Part shown: piece by piece, positions 9,001 to 16,950 of the stretch
Layout: every line of letters begins with the position of its first letter
How positions within the stretch are numbered: position 1 is the first letter of the stretch
DNA from: Halomicrobium mukohataei DSM 12286
Lineage (GTDB): Archaea > Halobacteriota > Halobacteria > Halobacteriales > Haloarculaceae
Length of the DNA: 32,000 bases
Reading direction: 5' to 3'
NCBI RefSeq assembly: GCF_000023965.1
Contig: NC_013202.1
Location: 1,680,001 to 1,712,000 of the forward strand
Notes under the pieces: model-generated
Told to the model about the DNA's origin: nothing
Database searches by the model: none
The model's input: the letters and a program-made list of their open reading frames with translations, nothing else
Made by a program: the position numbers and the translations under genes

Positions 9001-9174
9001 ATCGAACAGATCCTCTTGCTGTTCGATCAGTTCGCCGTCGGCGTCCTTGCGGAGATAGCGGGCGGGCAGAATGTTGTGGTAGGCGTTGCCAGTGAGTCGG
9101 TCTTCGAGCGTGTCGCCGGTCGTCCGCTTGATCGGCAGCTGTACCTCGTCGGCACCTGCACCTGCGTCGCTCAT
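6013..9174 (-). CDS. nrdJ: Adenosylcobalamin-dependent (class II) ribonucleoside-diphosphate reductase
   Basis: Start trimmed to the Met at 9174 ([21 protein letters not shown]...). Motifs include [27 protein letters not shown] and [11 protein letters not shown]. The C-terminal Cys cluster is [30 protein letters not shown]. Confidence 0.92.
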   Translation of the reverse strand: [1053 protein letters not shown]

Positions 9175-9702
9175 TCCTCGGTCCTCCTGCCGACAGTGGC
9201 CGTCTGTCGGGCGATACCCCTCTCGATGATGCGTGTAGATCCTCTCATTCGTAACGACGGTTGTGTTTGTACGGACTGCTAAATACCCAGCGATACGTGT
9301 CCCCGCGGGCACGCGGCGGGAGACAGACCGCCGGGTGGTTTCGACGCTATGCGAAGTATCACTGGTGGGTAATATCAGCCACGATCCAGCGGGCAGCGCA
9401 CGCGATTCGCTGTACGATACATAGCAAACGCCGACAGTACATTAATGGAGTGAGACCGGAGTGAAAGTGAAAACCAGGTCCCGGAAACCACTAGACGAGA
9501 GCCGAAATTTCAGTCGAAATAGTCGGGGGTTTCGACTGGAGATTCCGCAGACGGCCGGCGAGGATCGCCGGTCGATCGCGCCGCGCCGTCGTCGTTCAGT
9601 CTTGCATTTTTTGTTTCTGATACGTTCGCCGTGTCCCGGCGCGACGGCGCGGCCAGTGAGCACGGCGACAAAGCATATGCCGATGGGCGGTGAGGGGCCA
9701 GT

Positions 9703-9885
9703 ATGCTCCTGACTATCGGCGGGTTCGGAACGATCCCCGCCCTGCTGGTCGGCCTCGCCGCGCTGGCTGTCGTGATCTTGATCGGGCGGATCGTCCTCAA
9801 GTTCGCGTGGCGACTGGTCGTTCTCGCCGCGGTCGCCGTCGGCGTGCTCTACCTGCTCGGACTGTTCGGCATCTCCGTGCTCTGA
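9703..9885 (+). CDS. Small two-helix membrane protein (60 aa)
   Basis: MLLTIGGFGTIPALLVGLAALAVVILIGRIVLKFAWRLVVLAAVAVGVLYLLGLFGISVL. It has a strong GC3 codon bias and two hydrophobic spans. Its TGA stop (9883-9885) doubles as the left flank of MITE copy B. Confidence 0.55.
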   Translation: MLLTIGGFGTIPALLVGLAALAVVILIGRIVLKFAWRLVVLAAVAVGVLYLLGLFGISVL

Positions 9886-9965
9886 TACGGACGGTTGTAG
9901 GCGTTTACCCAGTCGACCGCACGACGGCGTGCGGTCGATCTGGTAAAGACCTACAACTTTCCGTA
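9886..9965. mobile_element. Foldback MITE copy B (80 nt), flanked by TGA (9883-9885) and TGA (9966-9968)
   Basis: TACGGACGGTTGTAGGCGTTTACCCAGTCGACCGCACGACGGCGTGCGGTCGATCTGGTAAAGACCTACAACTTTCCGTA. It is identical to copy D at 28647-28726. About 36 of 38 possible positions pair in the foldback. Confidence 0.85.
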
Positions 9966-9992
9966 TGATCGAGTCGACAGACGCCGCCAGGT

Positions 9993-10609
9993 TCAGAGGC
10001 CGTCGAGAAAGTTCTCGATGAGGTCGTGGCCGACTGCGGTCAGCACCGACTCGGGATGGAACTGGACCGCCTCGATGGGGTACTCGCGGTGGCGGACGCC
10101 CATCACTAGTTCGACCGTCCCGTCGTCGGTCGCCACGCCGGTCGTGGCCGTCACGTCGAAGCAGTCGGGCACCTCGTCGGCGATCAGCGAGTGGTAGCGA
10201 CCGGCCTGGAACCCCTGATCGAGTCCGGCGAAGACGCCCTGGCCGTCGTGGTCGATCGGGAACGCCTTCCCGTGGATCGGTTCGGGTGCGCGGCCGACCG
10301 TTCCGCCGTACTCGTAGACGGCGGCCTCCAGCCCCAGACAGACGCCGAGCGTCGGGACTTCGGGGCTGACTTCTCGTAGCACGTCCATCGTGACGCCCAC
10401 GTCGCGGTCGTTCTTCGGGTGGCCCGGACCGGGGGAAATGACGATGGCGTCCGGATCGACGGCCCGGACCTCGGCGAGCGTCGCGGTGTTGCGCAGTACC
10501 TCGGTGTCGGCGTGTTCCGAGACGTACTCGACGAGGTTGTAGGTAAAGGAGTCGAAGTTGTCGATAAAGAGCACGAGCGGCCGGTCGTCGCCGGCCGCCT
10601 CGTCGCCGC

Positions 10610-10613
<4 letters not shown>
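9993..10613 (-). CDS. trpG: Anthranilate synthase component II (glutamine amidotransferase)
   Basis: LVLFIDNFDSFTYNLVEY, GVCLGLEA (catalytic Cys) and AVQFHPESVLT. Its ATG overlaps the trpE stop (ATGA at 10610-10613). Confidence 0.92.
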
Positions 10614-12225
<1,612 letters not shown>

Positions 12226-12229
<4 letters not shown>

Positions 12230-12882
12230 CGTCCCGCCTCCACGGCCGCGGCGTCGGCGCGCTTCGCCTGCTGGACGAACGCCCGGACGGCGTCGTGGTC
12301 CTTGACGCCGCCTTCGGCCTCCACTCCGGAGGCCACGTCGACGCCGAACGGCCGGACCGTCCCGACGGCGTCGCCCACGTTCTTGGGGGTGAGTCCCCCC
12401 GCGAGGACGACCGGCGCGTCCAGCGTGTCGACGATCTCGCGCGTCCGATCCCAGTCGTGGGTCTCGCCGGTGCCGCCGCCGCCCTCGGCGTCGACCGAGT
12501 CCACGAGGAGGGCGTCCGCGGCGTCGGCGTACGCCTCGATCTCGGCGTGTTCGGCGTCGACGACGGCCACCAGCTGCGCGTCGACGCGCCGTCGGAGCGC
12601 GCCCAGCTGTGTCGGAGTCAACCCGTCGTGGACCTGCACCACGTCTGGCTGGACGGTCTCGACGCGGCGGGCTACGGACTGGACGGCCTCGGGCATCGTC
12701 ACCAGCACGCTCGTCACGAGCGGTGGCACGCCGGCCACGAGCGCGGCCGCGGTCTCGTCGTCGACCTCGCGGGGCGTGTCCACGCTGACGCCGTTGATGA
12801 CACCAATCGCGTCTGCGCCCGCGGCGACGACGGCCTCGCGGTCCTCGCGACGAGTGATTCCACAGACCTTGACCCGCGTCAT
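12226..12882 (-). CDS. trpF: Phosphoribosylanthranilate isomerase
   Basis: MTRVKVCGITRREDREAVVAAGADAIGV...VVLAGGLTPKNVGDAV...GVDVASGVE. It is coupled to trpD by an ATGA overlap at 12879-12882. Confidence 0.88.
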
Positions 12883-13877
12883 GCCTCGCCTCTGAGCTCG
12901 TCGAACTTCCGGGCGGCGTCGCCGGACTCGATCGCCTCGCGAGCCGCCTCGACGCCGGCCTCGTGGCTGTCGGCTTCACCGGCGACGTAGATCGCCGCGC
13001 CCGCGTTCGCGAGGATGATGTCCTGTTTCGGTCCGGTGACGGTCCCCTCGACGATCCCTCGCAGGTCCTCGGCGTTTTCTTCGGGCGTGCCGCCGGCCAC
13101 GTCTTCGATGTCGGCCGTCGTCAGTCCGATGTCCTCCGGGACGAGCGTGTACTCCTCGATCTCGGAACCGGTGACCTCTGCGACGACGGTCTCTCCGTGG
13201 ATCGCGATCTCGTCGAGGCCCGATCCGTGGACGACCATCGCTCGCTCGACGTCCATCCGAGCCAGTGCCTCCGCGATCGTCGACACGAGGGCCGGATCGT
13301 AGACGCCGAGCACCTGCGCGTCCGCACCGGCGGGGTTGGTCAGCGGTCCGAGGATGTTGAAGATGGTCCGCATGCCGAGTTCCTTGCGCGGGCCGATGAC
13401 GGCCTTCATCGCCGGGTGGAAGACGGGCGCGAGCATGAACCCGATCCCGTCGTCCTCGATGGCCTGCTCGACCTGTGGCGGTTCGGCCTCCACGTCGACG
13501 CCGGCCACCTCCAGCACGTCCGCGCTCCCCGACGAGGAGGAGACTGAGTAGTTACCGTGCTTGGCGATGGGGACGCCGGCACCCGCGGCGACCATCGTGC
13601 TCGTCGTCGAGACGTTGATCGTGTCGTAGTCGTCGCCGCCGGTGCCACAGGTGTCGACCAGCGGCCGCCGGTCGGGGTCGATCGTCCGCGCGGCGTCGCG
13701 CATCCCCTCGGCGAAGCCGGCGATCTCCGCTTCGGTCTCCCCTTTCGCTCGCAGACCCGCCAGCAGTGCCCCGATCTGGGCCTCCGTGGCGTCCTCGAAG
13801 ACCGCCGTCGCTGCCTCGCGAGCCTCGTCCTGTGTCAGATCCTCTCCCTCGGTCACGCGTTCGATGTATTCCTGCAT
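12879..13877 (-). CDS. trpD: Anthranilate phosphoribosyltransferase
   Basis: DTCGTGGDDYDTINVST, IAKHGNYSVSSSSGSADVLE, FMLAPVFHPAM and NILGPLTNPA. Confidence 0.92.
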   Translation of the reverse strand: MQEYIERVTEGEDLTQDEAREAATAVFEDATEAQIGALLAGLRAKGETEAEIAGFAEGMRDAARTIDPDRRPLVDTCGTGGDDYDTINVSTTSTMVAAGAGVPIAKHGNYSVSSSSGSADVLEVAGVDVEAEPPQVEQAIEDDGIGFMLAPVFHPAMKAVIGPRKELGMRTIFNILGPLTNPAGADAQVLGVYDPALVSTIAEALARMDVERAMVVHGSGLDEIAIHGETVVAEVTGSEIEEYTLVPEDIGLTTADIEDVAGGTPEENAEDLRGIVEGTVTGPKQDIILANAGAAIYVAGEADSHEAGVEAAREAIESGDAARKFDELRGEA

Positions 13878-14068
13878 TGTGGGTCACCAATGAACTCTTT
13901 CGTGTTGTAATGTACAACCTCGTACATCCAAATAAGGCTGTCGGGACCACGTGACGGATTCGATATCGCGACATCGCCCGAGTGGAGACGTCGTGTCGCT
14001 CGAATCGCTCTCGACCGCACCGTGCCCACAACCCACAGACGGCACTGGGATTCGGTTTCGAAACATTC

Positions 14069-14076
14069 AATTATAC
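14069..14076 (+). promoter_or_regulatory. TATA box candidate for tRNA-Val
   Basis: AATTATAC lies 38-45 nt upstream of the mature tRNA 5' end. This fits a short 5' leader. Confidence 0.35.
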
Positions 14077-14113
14077 CCCTCTGCAACGGATGAGTGTAGA
14101 TAGAAGCCAACGC

Positions 14114-14187
14114 GGGTTGGTGGTCTAGTTGGTTATGACACCTCCTTGACATGGAGGAGGCCGGCGGTTCAAATCCGCCCCAACCCA
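14114..14187 (+). tRNA. tRNA-Val (anticodon GAC)
   Basis: GGGTTGGTGGTCTAGTTGGTTATGACACCTCCTTGACATGGAGGAGGCCGGCGGTTCAAATCCGCCCCAACCCA. The acceptor stem GGGTTGG/CCAACCC, the anticodon stem CCTCC/GGAGG with loop TTGACAT, and the T-arm GGCGG-TTCAAAT-CCGCC all fold by hand. No encoded CCA. Confidence 0.9.
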
Positions 14188-14286
14188 TTTTTGACGACAC
14201 AAACCGTGAGCGGAGCGAGCGGTCTGTGTCGGCGAAATTGGTGACACGGATTGGAAGCAGACGAGACGAGCATCGCGAGTCTCGGC

Positions 14287-14312
14287 GCGGTTCAAATCCG
14301 CCCCAACCCATT
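14287..14312 (+). repeat. Orphan duplicate of the tRNA-Val 3' end (26 nt, identical to 14164-14189)
   Basis: GCGGTTCAAATCCGCCCCAACCCATT occurs twice, 123 nt apart. The second copy has no 5' half, D-arm or anticodon arm. Confidence 0.85.
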
Positions 14313-14559
14313 CTCTGATTCCTCGCGACGACGAGCACGACGATTCTTTCGCCGGTCTGGGTTCCGCCCGAGTCGACAGACGGCACCGCTTCGAGGACAC
14401 TTCCTCGTGAGTGTCGCGTGTGGCTCGGCGGTGGCCTCTCGGAAGCCGGCGTGTTCGAAACCACCGCTCGACGACGGTGTGCCCGCTGTGTCACAATTTT
14501 TCACGCACGACATCGGTGGTCCCAATAGCTTCATACGCCGCCCGCCAGAGTGTGTCCAT

Positions 14560-14916
14560 ATGGACGAGACGATCAGCTCACGTCGGCCGTTCGAACAGTT
14601 CGTGCTGCTGGCGGTTGCCGAACTGACCATCGACGGGGAGACGCCCGTCCAGTCCCACGTGGTGACGGAGACGATCAAGGACCAGCTCGATACGGTCGCT
14701 CGTGATTCGTTCGGCGGCGTCGAACGACAGGAGGTCGTGTCGGCGCTGGGATCGCTCGCGGCGGACGACCTGCTGTCGACCGAGCGGACCACGTCGGCGA
14801 CGGGGAAAGGGCGGCCCGCCTACGACGCCGAAGTCGGTGTGAAGACGATCGTGGAGACACTCCTGGACGACGACACGGTCGGTCCCTACGCCGAACGCCT
14901 GCAGACCACGGTCTGA
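14560..14916 (+). CDS. Small putative winged-helix DNA-binding protein (118 aa)
   Basis: Trimmed to the ATG at 14560 (MDETISSRRPFEQFVLLAVAELTIDGETPVQSHVVTETIKDQL...VVSALGSLAADDLLSTERT...GKGRPAYD). It is acidic. The helix-turn-helix plus wing call is by eye only. Its stop directly abuts the next ORF. Confidence 0.55.
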   Translation: MDETISSRRPFEQFVLLAVAELTIDGETPVQSHVVTETIKDQLDTVARDSFGGVERQEVVSALGSLAADDLLSTERTTSATGKGRPAYDAEVGVKTIVETLLDDDTVGPYAERLQTTV

Positions 14917-14967
14917 GTGGCGTCTCGGAACGAAATCCACTTGGAGATAGCCAACCGATCTCCGCGT

Positions 14968-15687
14968 ATGCGCGAGTTCGAGTTCACGGTCCAGTACGAG
15001 CCGGGCGCGGACGACCTGATGGACCTCTTTGTCGAGACTCCGTCGCTCTCCGCTCGCTCGCAGGCCTGTTTCGCCAACGCGGACGCGATGTGGCGAATCG
15101 ACCGCATCGTCGGCCCGTCGGACGTGCTCGACCGCCTCGACGATCTCTATCTCGACGAGTCGATCTGTAACGAGTGTCTGGACATGGAGCGGTGTTCGTC
15201 CACCCGCGAGTACCAGGTTCTTGACGCCGGCCCGGAGCATCGCCTGATCTACACGCGCCGCCAGGAGATCGACCGCTGTCACTCCATCCCGTATCTCGCC
15301 GTCGACTACGTGGGCGACGGGGTGCTGTTCGACGCGGAACGATCGGGCGACGAGTACGTCTGGCGGGTCCTGATGCCGGAAGCGACGCCGGTCGGCGAGC
15401 TGTACGACGCGATCGAGCGAAACCTCAGAGACGGACTGACGCTCGAACTGGGCCACGTCGGCGGAATCGACGGCTGGCGTGGCGACGATGCCTTCGACGC
15501 CGATCTCACCGTCGAGGAGCGCCGAACGCTGCAGGCGGCCGTCGACGCGGGATACTACCGGACGCCACGGGAGACGACTGTCGACGAACTGGGCGAGCGA
15601 CTGGACGTACCGCGATCGACGGTACAGTATCGGTTACAGCGAGCGGAGGGTAAGGCCGTCGAACAGTTCGCTGACGGTAGCCTCTAG
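14968..15687 (+). CDS. HTH_10 (bacterio-opsin-activator-like) family transcription regulator
   Basis: MREFEFTVQYEPG... is an N-terminus typical of this haloarchaeal family. The C-terminus is LTVEERRTLQAAVDAGYYRTPRETTVDELGERLDVPRSTVQYRLQRAEGKAV. An alternative GTG start lies at 14917. Confidence 0.8.
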   Translation: MREFEFTVQYEPGADDLMDLFVETPSLSARSQACFANADAMWRIDRIVGPSDVLDRLDDLYLDESICNECLDMERCSSTREYQVLDAGPEHRLIYTRRQEIDRCHSIPYLAVDYVGDGVLFDAERSGDEYVWRVLMPEATPVGELYDAIERNLRDGLTLELGHVGGIDGWRGDDAFDADLTVEERRTLQAAVDAGYYRTPRETTVDELGERLDVPRSTVQYRLQRAEGKAVEQFADGSL

Positions 15688-16169
15688 ACGATCGAGGCGT
15701 TGCTCGCTTCCTGCTCGATCGCCGGTGGTTCGCCGGCTTCCAGGCGTTCGAGTCGGTCCATGATCGTATGGACCACGTCACCATTCGTACAGGGAGCCAC
15801 GTGCTGGAGTTCTCCGCCCGCGTACTCGGCCAGTCCCATCACGGGCAGGATCATCGCCGAGTAGTCGTCGGTGATCTCCGAAGAGATCTCGGTCGTCTGG
15901 TAGAACGACTCCAGCGAGACGTTGTTCGACAGCGCCCACTGCTTGAACTCGGCGACGCGATTGAGGATGTACCGGCCCTCCTCGGTGTGGGCGGCCGCCG
16001 ACTCCCGGGACACCTGCTTGCCCCAGACGATGACCGAGAAGTCTTCGATCGCGTCGTTCTGGTCCAGCGTTTCGAGTCGCTCGATGACGGCCGCCTGTCG
16101 CTCGTGGGCACCGTCCGGAACGAGCGACCGGACGTAGAGTTCGATGTGGGGTGTGGGGGTATCGGACAT
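15684..16169 (-). CDS. Conserved acidic hypothetical protein (161 aa), convergent partner of the HTH_10 gene
   Basis: Clean acidic ORF MSDTPTPHIELYVRSLVPDGAHERQAAVIERLETLDQNDAIEDFSVIVWGKQV... with GC3 bias. I recognise no motif. Confidence 0.6.
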   Translation of the reverse strand: MSDTPTPHIELYVRSLVPDGAHERQAAVIERLETLDQNDAIEDFSVIVWGKQVSRESAAAHTEEGRYILNRVAEFKQWALSNNVSLESFYQTTEISSEITDDYSAMILPVMGLAEYAGGELQHVAPCTNGDVVHTIMDRLERLEAGEPPAIEQEASNASIV

Positions 16170-16515
16170 GGTTCAACTGATCTACGTGTCAACACTCCCG
16201 CACCACACTAATACTTTGCGTGGACCCGTTGACGTGGGTAACGTTCACATACAAAATTGTGGGTAGAGCGGTTTTGCACTGGCTCTGACACCGGTTAGAT
16301 CTGTGATCGTTCAACCGACAGGGACAAACGCTTTCCAACTATAACTGGATGTTTAAGAAATACTATATTGGTCGCTCTGCGGTGTCTCGCTGTTGGGGTC
16401 GGAGAGGCGTCACCGTCGTCGCTGGGTCTCCGGTTCCGCCTCACACCGTCTGTGAAAGCACGTTACGATAGCACTCCCTCGGTAGCGACAGCCCGGAGAC
16501 AGACAGCCGGCAGCG

Positions 16516-16824
16516 TCAGTCGTCGTCGAGTCGGGCGAGTGTCTCGTGAGCGCCGACGACCATCGCGGGGACGACGATCATGAAGACGTGTTCCTCGATC
16601 GGAATTCCGAGCAGTTCGACGCCGGTTCGCATCGGGATCGCGAACACGCCGACCGCCAGCGTGTACCAGTCCCAGACGTACGCGAACGGATAGAGGACGG
16701 CGATCGTTCGGGCAGCGGTCCGGCCCGCGTCGGCGTACCAGAGCAGGCCGGCCGCGACGAGACCCCACACGATCTCTGTCGCGAGGTACGTGTACGGGCC
16801 GAGGACGGTGATGTCCGGGAGCAC
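16516..16824 (-). CDS. Lycopene cyclase domain-containing membrane protein (single-domain, 102 aa)
   Basis: Three hydrophobic helices with YTYLATEIVWG and GIPIEEHVFMIVVP (a PxEE-type motif of CrtYc/Yd-like domains). The family call is by eye. Confidence 0.6.
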   Translation of the reverse strand: MLPDITVLGPYTYLATEIVWGLVAAGLLWYADAGRTAARTIAVLYPFAYVWDWYTLAVGVFAIPMRTGVELLGIPIEEHVFMIVVPAMVVGAHETLARLDDD

Positions 16825-16950
16825 GCCGGGTGTTCGGGCGCTGGCACAATGAACTCCGGGGGTGAGCGAGTCCGACGAGCGTTCTCAGCTGCTGGAACCG
16901 GAACCAACTTTGATTACCTCTGGCGTCGAACCCTCGTAGTGGGAAGTACG

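Noticed and set aside
9175-9702. A cobalamin riboswitch upstream of the B12-dependent reductase gene.
   Set aside because: No B12-box-like conserved core could be found on the nrdJ strand, and such riboswitches are not established in haloarchaea. I report the region only as an unusually long structured spacer.
9461-9712. The 83-aa plus-strand ORF and the 73/96-aa minus-strand ORFs in the nrdJ upstream spacer.
   Set aside because: They are basic and Arg/Ser-rich, lack GC3 bias, overlap one another and cross the hairpin structures. They are unlikely to be translated.
12230-12979. N-terminal 250-aa extension of the trpE ORF. Analogous extensions precede the molybdoenzyme (2630-3349), nrdJ (9175-9312), pspA (5647-5775), the CBS gene (16546-16950) and phoU-2 (29493-29612).
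   Set aside because: The extensions are strongly basic (poly-Arg) in an otherwise acidic proteome. They overlap the upstream genes or promoters. Each contains an internal start that matches the family N-terminus, often with ATGA/GTGA coupling.
14215-14312. A possible second tRNA gene, or an intron-containing tRNA, downstream of tRNA-Val.
   Set aside because: Only the T-arm and the 3' acceptor half are present, as the 26-nt duplicate. No matching 5' acceptor strand, D-arm or anticodon arm can be folded.
15684-15687. Overlapping convergent stop codons (CTAG here, TTAG at 27860-27863) as a special signal.
   Set aside because: Short convergent overlaps are common in compact archaeal genomes. 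I mention this one only as context for the regulator trio.
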